A stretch of DNA of 49,470 bases from an uncultured Erysipelotrichaceae bacterium (GTDB lineage Bacteria; Bacillota_I; Bacilli_A; Erysipelotrichales; Erysipelotrichaceae). Positions 35,752-43,965 of this stretch are shown here, piece by piece. The notes beneath the pieces are model-generated. The model did no database searches, was not told where the DNA came from, and saw only the letters and a program-made list of their open reading frames with translations. Position 1 is the stretch's first letter. Each line of letters starts with the position of its first letter. The position numbers and the translations under genes were made by a program. The DNA is taken from positions 1 to 49,470 of the forward strand of contig CADAHV010000002.1 of the NCBI GenBank assembly GCA_902787775.1, written 5' to 3'.

Positions 35752-35827
35752 GGACACTTAGCTCAGTTGGGAGAGCACCTCCTTGACGTGGAGGGGGTCA
35801 GGGGTTCGAGTCCCTTAGTGTCCACCA
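35752..35827 (+). tRNA. tRNA-Val (anticodon GAC)
   Basis: The sequence is GGACACTTAGCTCAGTTGGGAGAGCACCTCC-TTGACGT-GGAGG..GGTTCGAGTCCC..GTGTCCACCA. Confidence 0.9.
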
Positions 35828-35840
35828 TTTTGAAAGTAAT

Positions 35841-35861
35841 GGCTCGTAAGAGCCTTTTTTC
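35841..35861 (+). terminator. Intrinsic terminator of tRNA-Val
   Basis: GGCTC (35841-35845) pairs with GAGCC (35850-35854), followed by T6. Confidence 0.65.
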
Positions 35862-35947
35862 TTTGTTTCTTTGGTAGAATAAGATTGTAAAGAAAAACAG
35901 ATAATCAGATCGATCCCGATCTTAAATAAGGAAAGGAGGAGCGAAAG

Positions 35948-37555
35948 ATGAAATGTCCCAATTGCAACGGAACCTTGTATTTCGATATTCCGTCACAGAA
36001 ACTGAAATGCCGCAACTGTGAAAGTGTTTTTAAACCGGAAGAGTACGAGGGAGACAACAGTGCCGAAGAAGACGTGATTGAGGGCGGAAAGATGTATATC
36101 TGTCAGAACTGCGGTGCCGAACTGATCAGCGCAAATGATGAAGCAGTCTCCTATTGCAGCTACTGCGGCAGTGAACAGATCCTGGAAGGGGAACTGACCG
36201 GCGTCAAAAAGCCGAAATACATTATGCCGTTTCGCATCTCTAAAGAAGAATGCAAGAAGATCTACGAGAAGGAAGTCAAAGGCAAGAACTATGTCCCGAA
36301 AGAGTTCAAGGATCCGCAGTTTATCGAACGGTTCCGTCCTTTCTATATCCCTTACTGGATGTATAATATCCGCTTCAGAGAGGATCCTTTCAAGATAAGC
36401 GGGCACAGACATTACACCAAGGGCAATTATGACTACGATGAAGACTATGATGTCACGGCCCAGCTGGATGAAACGACCTACGGGGTTCCTTTCGATGCCT
36501 CAAGAAATTTTGATGATACGATTGCCGAACACATCGCACCTTTCGCAAAGAGCAATATCAAGAACTATCATCCGGGCTATCTGGCCGGCATGTATGCCGA
36601 TTCGCCAAACGTGGATGCCAGACTCTATGAAGAGGAGGTTCTGGAGAAGGCCAGCAAGCTGGCAGTCGATTCTTTGGAAAACAAGCTCGGCGGCATGAGC
36701 CTTGATTTGCCGAAAAAGCCGAAAAAACTGCAGGAATTCCTGCGGGCCGAATATGGCAATGAAGAGGCGATCTATCTGCCGGTATGGTTTCTGACCTGGA
36801 GGAAGAATGACCGGGTCGCTTATGCGGTCGTCAATGGTCAAAGCGGCAAGATCCACATTGACCTGCCGGCTGATCTCAATGTCTTTTCCATCTACACGGC
36901 GATCGGGGCTGCCCTCTTGTTTGTCCTTTTGAGTCTGTTTGTTTCGGTCACATCGCGTTTTGTCATCTGGTTTTCCGCTTTGCTGGTATACCTGGTGGGA
37001 AGGCGCTATTACAGCGAACTTAAGCAGATCCGCAACCGGGAAAATCATGTCTTTGATAAGGGCTATCTGTTAAGTGAAGAAAAAGAACTGCCGATGTCGG
37101 AAAAGAAACGGAATCGTCTGAGAAAAAGAGTAATGAATACCTCCTTTGACTTTTCTGCTGTCATGATGGGGCTGTGCTTTGTCCTGGCTTTCATTGTCTT
37201 TATGTTTGCCGGCAGTTTTTATGATATTGCCGTATCTCAGATGGGAGCACTTGCTTTGACGTTTATCATTCTGATCCTTCAAAGCATCCGCTTTGTACGC
37301 CAGATCAATGTAGCCAGATATCTGAAAAACAAGCGTTCCATTCTGGTGTGTATTCTGGGAATGGGCTCGGTTGTCTATGCCTTTATGGTCGCTTATTTAC
37401 AGCCGGTCGAAGACTGGTGGTACTACCTCGGTTCTTTGATCTGTCTGGTTGCGGCCAGCGCCATGAGCATCGATCTGATCCTTCGCTATAACGAGACTTC
37501 CACAAGGCCTTTGCCTTCTTTCTACAGCCGTAAGGGAGGTGATGACCGTGCGTAA
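35948..37555 (+). CDS. Double zinc-ribbon membrane protein (YdjG-like core) with an extra polytopic C-terminal region
   Basis: KCPNCNGTLYF...KCRNCES and YICQNCGAE...YCSYCGS ribbons. Clearly homologous to ORF 42918-43961 over the first 320 aa or so. It then has about 5 additional TM segments. Confidence 0.8.
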   Translation: MKCPNCNGTLYFDIPSQKLKCRNCESVFKPEEYEGDNSAEEDVIEGGKMYICQNCGAELISANDEAVSYCSYCGSEQILEGELTGVKKPKYIMPFRISKEECKKIYEKEVKGKNYVPKEFKDPQFIERFRPFYIPYWMYNIRFREDPFKISGHRHYTKGNYDYDEDYDVTAQLDETTYGVPFDASRNFDDTIAEHIAPFAKSNIKNYHPGYLAGMYADSPNVDARLYEEEVLEKASKLAVDSLENKLGGMSLDLPKKPKKLQEFLRAEYGNEEAIYLPVWFLTWRKNDRVAYAVVNGQSGKIHIDLPADLNVFSIYTAIGAALLFVLLSLFVSVTSRFVIWFSALLVYLVGRRYYSELKQIRNRENHVFDKGYLLSEEKELPMSEKKRNRLRKRVMNTSFDFSAVMMGLCFVLAFIVFMFAGSFYDIAVSQMGALALTFIILILQSIRFVRQINVARYLKNKRSILVCILGMGSVVYAFMVAYLQPVEDWWYYLGSLICLVAASAMSIDLILRYNETSTRPLPSFYSRKGGDDRA

Positions 37556-38312
37556 ACTGATGAAAGTACTGATTCTCATCCTTCTGATGCTGCTGGCCAG
37601 TGAAACAGCTTTGGAAAATGTTTCTTGCGAAGGGGAATACAAAGTCATCATCGATGATGAACAGGATCTTCTGACCGAAAGTGAAGAAAAGAACCTGAAA
37701 GAAAAGATGTCGCAGGTGGCAGAATACGGCAACGTGGCTTTTGTCACGGTTTACCAGTATGAAGATACCGGTTCCTATGCCGAGAAGGTCTACCGTTCCT
37801 ATTTCGGTAGGGAAAGCGGCATGCTGTTTATGATCGACATGGGCAGAAGAAACATCTGGATCTTCTGCGATGGGGCGATCTACAGAGTGATCGACAAGGC
37901 TTATGCCTATACGATTACCGACAATATCTATCGTTATGCCAAAGACGGTGATTATTACAATTGTGCTTTAAGTGCTTTTGATCAGGCGTTGATCTTACTG
38001 AAAGGCGGCGCGATCGCGCAGCCGATGAAATACATCTCCAATGCGCTGATCGCCTGTGTTTTGGCATTATTGATCAATTTTATATTTTTGACTTATCAGA
38101 GAAACAACGACGAGACAATTATTGCTCGTTCTGTCCCGGCTTTGACGACAACGGTCGGGGCCTATATTCTGTCTAAAAGAGTGACCTCCCGCAACAAAAC
38201 GCGGCACGTTCAGTACAGCTCTTCTTCCGGCGGTTCATCCGGTGGCGGCTTTTCCGGTGGCGGCGGAGGAGGCGGCGGTTCTTCCGGCGGCGGCGGCGGT
38301 CACAGTTTCTAA
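37539..38312 (+). CDS. TPM-domain protein (signal peptide, TPM domain, TM, Gly-rich tail)
   Basis: The signal peptide is followed by IIDDEQDLLTESEEKNLKEKM...FVTV (TPM pattern). A TM ALIACVLALLINFIFL follows, and the tail ends SSSGGSSGGGFSGGGGGGGGSSGGGGGHSF. The start is ambiguous (GTG 37539, ATG 37542, GTG 37548 or ATG 37560) and overlaps or abuts the upstream stop at 37555. Confidence 0.8.
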   Translation: MMTVRKLMKVLILILLMLLASETALENVSCEGEYKVIIDDEQDLLTESEEKNLKEKMSQVAEYGNVAFVTVYQYEDTGSYAEKVYRSYFGRESGMLFMIDMGRRNIWIFCDGAIYRVIDKAYAYTITDNIYRYAKDGDYYNCALSAFDQALILLKGGAIAQPMKYISNALIACVLALLINFIFLTYQRNNDETIIARSVPALTTTVGAYILSKRVTSRNKTRHVQYSSSSGGSSGGGFSGGGGGGGGSSGGGGGHSF

Positions 38313-38342
38313 ACAAGCCATAATGATGAGGAGGAAAAATTT

Positions 38343-38717
38343 ATGGAAATGAGATTCTATCGCTGTAAAAAATGCGGCCAGATGGTAGCCATGGTTAAGA
38401 AAAAAGGCTGCCCGATCATGTGCTGCGGTGAACCTATGGAAGAGATCATAGCCAATACTTCAGACGGTGCTGCGGAAAAGCACGTTCCGGTCTATGAAGT
38501 GAGAGACGGCAAGCTGTTTGTCTGTGTCGGTGAAGTCGCCCATCCGATGAGCGAAGAACACTACATCGAATGGATCGCCGTTCAGACCAAGAGAGGAAAC
38601 CAGCGCATCACCTTACATCCGGGAGATGAACCAAAGGCAGTCTTTGCCTTGCTGGAGGGCGATGAAGTGGAAGCGGTCTATGCGTATTGCAACCTGCATT
38701 CTCTCTTCAAAGCTTAA
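38343..38717 (+). CDS. dfx: Desulfoferrodoxin (2Fe superoxide reductase)
   Basis: 124 aa. N-terminal desulforedoxin-like CKKCG...CPIMCCG. Centre II ligand segments are EKHVP, HPMSEEHYIEWI and YCNLHSL. Confidence 0.9.
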   Translation: MEMRFYRCKKCGQMVAMVKKKGCPIMCCGEPMEEIIANTSDGAAEKHVPVYEVRDGKLFVCVGEVAHPMSEEHYIEWIAVQTKRGNQRITLHPGDEPKAVFALLEGDEVEAVYAYCNLHSLFKA

Positions 38718-38743
38718 TCGGAAAGAAAGATAATCACTTTTAT

Positions 38744-38768
38744 AGCCCTGCGTCATGCAGGGCTTTAT
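38744..38768 (+). terminator. Hairpin downstream of dfx, a weak terminator
   Basis: AGCCCTGC (38744-38751) pairs with GCAGGGCT (38757-38764), followed by TTTATAATATCTTTT, a broken T-run. Confidence 0.45.
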
Positions 38769-38789
38769 AATATCTTTTAGGAGAATTTT

Positions 38790-39929
38790 TTGAATATGGC
38801 TTTGATATACAAACTCTTTAAACTGGATCCGAACAGCAGAGAAGGCGTCGTATCGGCAACTTCGATCTTAAGCGTGATCGTCAATCTCTTTGTTGCTTTG
38901 ATGAAAGTCGTCGTCGGCTTGCTGGCATCTTCGATCGCCATCGTGTCCGAAGGTGTGAACAACGCAACCGATGCCTTGTCTTCCATATTGACTCTGGTCG
39001 GTACGAAACTGGCCGCAAAAGCTCCTGACGCAAAACATCCGTTTGGTTACGGCCGTATTGAGTATCTGACCAACATGGTCATCGCTTCCTTTATTCTGGT
39101 CGGCGGTGCCGAAATGATGTTAAATTCGATCAAGCTGATCTTTAACCCGGAGAAGCTCAATGTTTCTTATGTTTCTCTGGCCGTGGTTGCCATCTCGGCG
39201 ATCATCAAATACTTCCTCGGTGTCTACACGATCAAGACCGGAAAAAGAGTCGGTTCGCAGTCTCTGGAAGCTGTAGGCGTCGATTGCCGCAACGATTCGT
39301 TTGTTTCCGTTGTCACGATCATCTCTTCCCTGGTCTATCTGCTTGGCAATATTTCCATTGATGCCTATGCCGGTCTGTTTACTTCCTATCTGATCGTAAA
39401 AGCCGGATATGACATCATGAAGGATACGGTGGCCGAACTGCTTGGCCAGCCGGCAGATGAAGAACTGGTAAAAGAACTTTATAAGGAGATCCGAGGCACA
39501 GAAGGAATCATCAACGCTGTCGATATGGTGCTTCACAATTACGGGCCGGATGCCTATACCGGTTCCTGCAACGTCGAACTGGATCACAAGTCTTCTGTTG
39601 GTGATGTCTATGAATTCTTAAGGCCTTTGCAGATAAGGCTCTTAGAAAAGTATCATGTCGCGATGGTCTTTGGTATCTATGCCGTCGATAATGATTCCGC
39701 GGATTCCAAAAAGCTCAGGAAGGAGATCGCGGACTTTGTTCGAAACAATGAACACATCAAGAGCTATCATGCGATCTATTCCGATAAGCGGATCAATACG
39801 ATCTATTGCGATCTGGTTATCGATTACGAGGTGGATCGTGAAGCGATCACCAGACAGTTTGAAGCCTATCTCAAATCGATCTATCCGGATAAAAATATCC
39901 AGGTCAACATCGATACCGAATTCGTATAA
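38790..39929 (+). CDS. Cation diffusion facilitator (CDF) family transporter, second copy
   Basis: 379 aa. GVNNATDALSS, PDAKHPFGYGRIEY and CRNDSF motifs plus a C-terminal cytoplasmic domain. The start is TTG 38790 or ATG 38796, after TAGGAG. Confidence 0.88.
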   Translation: MNMALIYKLFKLDPNSREGVVSATSILSVIVNLFVALMKVVVGLLASSIAIVSEGVNNATDALSSILTLVGTKLAAKAPDAKHPFGYGRIEYLTNMVIASFILVGGAEMMLNSIKLIFNPEKLNVSYVSLAVVAISAIIKYFLGVYTIKTGKRVGSQSLEAVGVDCRNDSFVSVVTIISSLVYLLGNISIDAYAGLFTSYLIVKAGYDIMKDTVAELLGQPADEELVKELYKEIRGTEGIINAVDMVLHNYGPDAYTGSCNVELDHKSSVGDVYEFLRPLQIRLLEKYHVAMVFGIYAVDNDSADSKKLRKEIADFVRNNEHIKSYHAIYSDKRINTIYCDLVIDYEVDREAITRQFEAYLKSIYPDKNIQVNIDTEFV

Positions 39930-39939
39930 GCGTTATATG

Positions 39940-39962
39940 CCCCTGCAGACAGGGGTTTTTTA
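39940..39962 (+). terminator. Intrinsic terminator of the second CDF gene
   Basis: CCCCTG (39940-39945) pairs with CAGGGG (39950-39955), followed by T6. Confidence 0.8.
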
Positions 39963-40044
39963 TTTCATTTTCTCTTCATTTTAAGTTCAGTTTGAATTCA
40001 CATTGGAAATTTAAGATTAAACCATAAAAGAAAGGAGGGAGGAC

Positions 40045-40728
40045 ATGGAGACCTTTCAAAGATTTGAGAAAAAGTATCTGCTGAATGATGAGCAGTATGC
40101 TTCACTGATGGAGCAGATGAAGGAGCATATCGTTCCGGACAAGTTCTATCAGACGATGATCCGTTCTCTGTATTATGACACGGATGATCATGAGCTCGTC
40201 AGACGTTCGATCGAAAAACCGGAGTATAAGGAAAAGCTTAGGGCGAGATCCTATGGCGATTCGAAAGGAAACGATGAAGTCTTCGTTGAACTGAAGAAAA
40301 AATATGACGGCATCGTCTATAAGAGACGTACGCAAGTCTGCTGCAAAGATGTCCTGAATGACATCGCGACCTGTCATTTCAAAGATTCACAGGTCGGAAA
40401 AGAGATTCTCTATGCCTTGAACTATTACGGCAAACTGAGCCCTTCCATCTATATCGGATGCAAGAGAACCTCCTACGTAGGGAAAAAGGAAGAAGATCTC
40501 AGGATCACGTTTGATAAAGAGATCTCTTATCGGACGAGAAACCTTTCCCTTCAGAAAGATGATGATGACGACAGACCATTGACTGACAAGACGGTCATGG
40601 AATTGAAGATAAAGGATGCGATGCCGCTTTGGCTGGCTGACATCCTCGATGAAAACAAGGTTTATCCCCAGTCGTATTCGAAAGTGGGAAATGCCTTTCT
40701 GAAACAGTTGCAAGGAGAAATGTTATGA
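40045..40728 (+). CDS. VTC-domain protein (triphosphate tunnel metalloenzyme fold, polyphosphate-polymerase-like)
   Basis: 227 aa and soluble. The N-terminal strand RFEKKYLL, the basic segments YKEKLRARSY and VELKKKYDGIVYKRR, and the C-terminal VMELKIK match the VTC/CYTH pattern as I recall it. Confidence 0.75.
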   Translation: METFQRFEKKYLLNDEQYASLMEQMKEHIVPDKFYQTMIRSLYYDTDDHELVRRSIEKPEYKEKLRARSYGDSKGNDEVFVELKKKYDGIVYKRRTQVCCKDVLNDIATCHFKDSQVGKEILYALNYYGKLSPSIYIGCKRTSYVGKKEEDLRITFDKEISYRTRNLSLQKDDDDDRPLTDKTVMELKIKDAMPLWLADILDENKVYPQSYSKVGNAFLKQLQGEML

Positions 40729-41399
40729 CAAGTTTATTCGGAACAATCTTTACCGGATCATTGACCTTAGGCCAGTTCATCCTGGCAATCACCGCCAGTA
40801 TGGTGATGGGGCTGATCCTTTCCATCGTATTTATGTATAAAAACACCTATACCAAGTCATTTATCTGCGCATTGGTATTGCTTCCGGCAGTGGAGAGCGT
40901 TGTCATCATGCTGGTCAACGACAATCTCGGTGTCGGTTTATCGGTAGCCGGTTCTTTCGCTCTGATCCGTTTCCGTTCGGTCAAGGGCAATGCCAGAGAA
41001 CTGGTGGCAGTCTTTATCGCCATGACGATCGGTATCATCTGCGGTACCGGATATGTCGGACTGGCCGGCGTATTCACTCTGCTTTTATCAGCGGTGATGC
41101 TGGCTTTGACGGTGAGCGGCTTTGGTCAGGTATCGGAAAACAGAAAGTATCTGAAGATCACGATCCCGGAATCGCTCAACTATGACGAAGTATTTGATGA
41201 AGTACTTCAGAAATATACAAGATCCTATGAACTGGAAAGCGTCAAGACCTTGACTCTGGGTTCCTTGTTCAGAGTGGAATACAATGTTGACATGAAAGAT
41301 CATTCCCTGATAAAGAAAATGATCGATGAGCTCAGGACCAGAAACGGCAACCTCGAGATCAGCTGCGGCAGACTGACTGCCGAGAGGGAGGAACTGTAA
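40725..41399 (+). CDS. DUF4956-like membrane protein (4-5 TM plus a C-terminal soluble domain)
   Basis: 224 aa. Hydrophobic segments run through about residue 130, followed by a soluble domain of about 90 aa. ATGA overlap with the VTC gene. This family usually partners bacterial VTC-domain genes. Confidence 0.65.
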   Translation: MTSLFGTIFTGSLTLGQFILAITASMVMGLILSIVFMYKNTYTKSFICALVLLPAVESVVIMLVNDNLGVGLSVAGSFALIRFRSVKGNARELVAVFIAMTIGIICGTGYVGLAGVFTLLLSAVMLALTVSGFGQVSENRKYLKITIPESLNYDEVFDEVLQKYTRSYELESVKTLTLGSLFRVEYNVDMKDHSLIKKMIDELRTRNGNLEISCGRLTAEREEL

Positions 41400-42850
41400 T
41401 GAAAAAGATGCTGTGCGTGATGATGGCCTTACTGATGCTGTGCGGATGCAATACGGTCATCGGCAATGAAGATACAAGCAGTACAACGGCTGTGGCCGAC
41501 AATACGAACTATACGGAAGGCGGAGCTGACGCAAGCTATGAGATCAGCGGCTCAACCTATATTTCATTAGGAAATGAAGATGTAAAGATCAATAAGGCCG
41601 GTACATATATCCTGGAGGGAACACTGAACGGAAGTGTCATCGTTGAAGTTTCCGACAGTGAAGATGTACAGCTGGTATTGAATAACGTCACGATCAATTC
41701 CGCTGATTTTGCCGGTATCTATATCGTGGAAGGTGATGAGATCACGATCACTCTGGCAGAAGGCAGCGTCAACACGATCAGTGATTCTTCAGCATACACC
41801 CAGATCGACAGCAATGAAGTCGACGCCTTAATCTATTCCAAGGCAGATCTGTTTATCAACGGCGAAGGCAGCCTGGTGCTCAATTCCGCATACAATCACG
41901 GCATTGTTTCCAAGGATGATCTTGTCGTGACTTCAGGAAACTTTACGATCGATGTTGCCGGAGCCGGCATGAAAGGCAAGGACTGCCTGATCATCTCGGA
42001 TGGCACTTATGTGATCCGTTCAGGCAAGGACGGCTTGAAATCCGATAACGATGAGGATGCAGAAAGAGGCTACATTACGATTTCCGGCGGCAGCTTTGAG
42101 ATCACATCGGCTGGTGATGGCATCTACGGTTTGAACGCAGTGAATATTGAAGGCGGCACATTCAAGATTACGACAAGCACGTCTTCTTCCGATTCGGCCA
42201 AGGCCATCAAATCTGATCTTTCCGTGACGATCTCAGGCGGCGAATTCACAATTGATTCCTGTGATGACGGCATTCATTCCGATCAGGATGTTCTGATAAA
42301 AGGCGGAAACTTCAATATTGTCAGCGATGATGATGCGATCCATGGTGACAGCAAGGTTCAGATCGATGCAGGCGATTTCACCATCAATGCGCATGAAGGC
42401 ATTGAAGCTACCTATGTACTGCTTAACGGCGGCAACATCGATATCACGGCAACAGATGACGGCATCAATGCCGGTCAGAAGGTGAACACCTATACGGCAA
42501 CCATCGAGATCAACGATGGTACCATCAAGATCGATATGGGTCAGGGTGATACCGATGCGGTGGATTCCAACGGTTACATCTATATCAACGGCGGTACGCT
42601 GGAGATCAATGCACAGTCACCGTTTGATTACGATATGGGTGCAGAACTCAACGGCGGTACAGTCATTGTCAATGGAAGCGAAGTCAATTCCATTTCCAAT
42701 CAGATGATGGGCGGTTTCGGCGGCATGGGCATGCATCAGATGCCGGGAGGAATGAACCAAGAGAATAATGAATACAATGAGGGACCGGGCTACCAGGAAG
42801 GGCAGTCCGGTTCCTATGGTCCGTTTGGCGGCAAGCCGGGAAGACACTGA
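41399..42850 (+). CDS. Beta-helix repeat lipoprotein (Cthe_2159-like carbohydrate-binding family) with a Gly/Met-rich tail
   Basis: Lipobox LMLCGC. About 11 tandem units of about 22 aa (for example DDGIHSDQDVLIKGGNFNIVS and DDAIHGDSKVQIDAGDFTINA). The tail reads MMGGFGGMGMHQMPGGM.... TAATG overlap with the upstream gene. Confidence 0.7.
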   Translation: MKKMLCVMMALLMLCGCNTVIGNEDTSSTTAVADNTNYTEGGADASYEISGSTYISLGNEDVKINKAGTYILEGTLNGSVIVEVSDSEDVQLVLNNVTINSADFAGIYIVEGDEITITLAEGSVNTISDSSAYTQIDSNEVDALIYSKADLFINGEGSLVLNSAYNHGIVSKDDLVVTSGNFTIDVAGAGMKGKDCLIISDGTYVIRSGKDGLKSDNDEDAERGYITISGGSFEITSAGDGIYGLNAVNIEGGTFKITTSTSSSDSAKAIKSDLSVTISGGEFTIDSCDDGIHSDQDVLIKGGNFNIVSDDDAIHGDSKVQIDAGDFTINAHEGIEATYVLLNGGNIDITATDDGINAGQKVNTYTATIEINDGTIKIDMGQGDTDAVDSNGYIYINGGTLEINAQSPFDYDMGAELNGGTVIVNGSEVNSISNQMMGGFGGMGMHQMPGGMNQENNEYNEGPGYQEGQSGSYGPFGGKPGRH

Positions 42851-42917
42851 GTCTTCCTTTTTCATATATAAAATAGATGAAGATAAAAAGTTGTATAATG
42901 AAATAAAGGTTGAAAAA

Positions 42918-43961
42918 ATGAGCGAATTGAAAGATTTTAAATGTCCCAACTGCGGAGGCCGTTTAGAGTTCGACGCCCAGACACAGAAACTGAAATGTCC
43001 ATATTGCGACGGAACGTTTGATCCGGAAGTTTTTAATGAGGGAGATAACTATACTGTCAGCAGTGAAAAATGGGAAGATGACGACATCGTTGTCTATACC
43101 TGCAAGTCCTGCGGCGGCACGATCATGGCGGATCGGGATACGGCAGCCAGCAGCTGTCCGTATTGCGGCAATCCGGTCGTAATGACCAGCAACGTCTCCG
43201 GCATATATAAACCAAAGAAGGTCATTCCTTTCCTGCTGGATAAGAAACAGGCGAAGGAACGCTATAAGAATTTCCTTAAAGGCAAAGTTCTTTTGCCGGA
43301 TGCCTTCAAAAATGAGGCTGTCATCGACGAGATGAAAGGCATCTATGTTCCTTACTGGCTCTTTGGCGGCAAAGCCAATGCCAGAATGTGGTTTGATGCG
43401 ACACGAGTCAGACACTGGAACGAAGGGGAATACATGTGTACGGAGACCAGTTACTACAAGGTCTTCCGTTCCGGTTCGGTCCGTTTCGCCGATGTTCCGG
43501 TCGATGCATCGGGCAAGATTGACGATCTTCTCACCGAATCGATTGAACCGTTCGATATCAAAGAGGCGAAGGTATTCTCCGAAAATTATCTGGCCGGCTA
43601 TTATGCCGACAAGTACAGCGTTTCTGCCGAAGAATCCAGACAGAAGGCAAATTCCAGAATCGCCAATTCGACGACATCTTTATTTGCTTCAACGACCAGG
43701 ATGTATGATTCCTGTGCTCCGTCTTCTTCCTCGATTTCGATCAGTGACGGCCGGCAGGATTATGTCATGTATCCGGTGTGGCTGCTCAATATCAAATACG
43801 GAAGCAAGCTTTACACTTTTGCGATGAACGGGCAGACCGGCAAGTTCGTCGGTGAACTGCCAATCGATCGGGGGAAACTGGGGCGCATTGCCATATCGGT
43901 CTTCCTTGGCGTTACGGCTGCCATGACGGCATTACAGTATCTGCTGTATTTGGTGAGGTGA
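42918..43961 (+). CDS. Double zinc-ribbon, C-terminally TM-anchored protein (YdjG-like)
   Basis: KCPNCGGRLEF...KCPYCDG and YTCKSCGG...CPYCGN ribbons with a single C-terminal TM. Start set at MSELKDF (42918); the upstream ORF extension overlaps the lipoprotein gene. Confidence 0.8.
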   Translation: MSELKDFKCPNCGGRLEFDAQTQKLKCPYCDGTFDPEVFNEGDNYTVSSEKWEDDDIVVYTCKSCGGTIMADRDTAASSCPYCGNPVVMTSNVSGIYKPKKVIPFLLDKKQAKERYKNFLKGKVLLPDAFKNEAVIDEMKGIYVPYWLFGGKANARMWFDATRVRHWNEGEYMCTETSYYKVFRSGSVRFADVPVDASGKIDDLLTESIEPFDIKEAKVFSENYLAGYYADKYSVSAEESRQKANSRIANSTTSLFASTTRMYDSCAPSSSSISISDGRQDYVMYPVWLLNIKYGSKLYTFAMNGQTGKFVGELPIDRGKLGRIAISVFLGVTAAMTALQYLLYLVR

Positions 43962-43965
43962 TCCT

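Noticed and set aside
38221-38309. GGC/GGT-rich repetitive tract, considered as a tandem repeat or CRISPR-like array
   Set aside because: It is in frame and encodes the Gly-rich tail of the TPM protein. There is no repeat-spacer periodicity.
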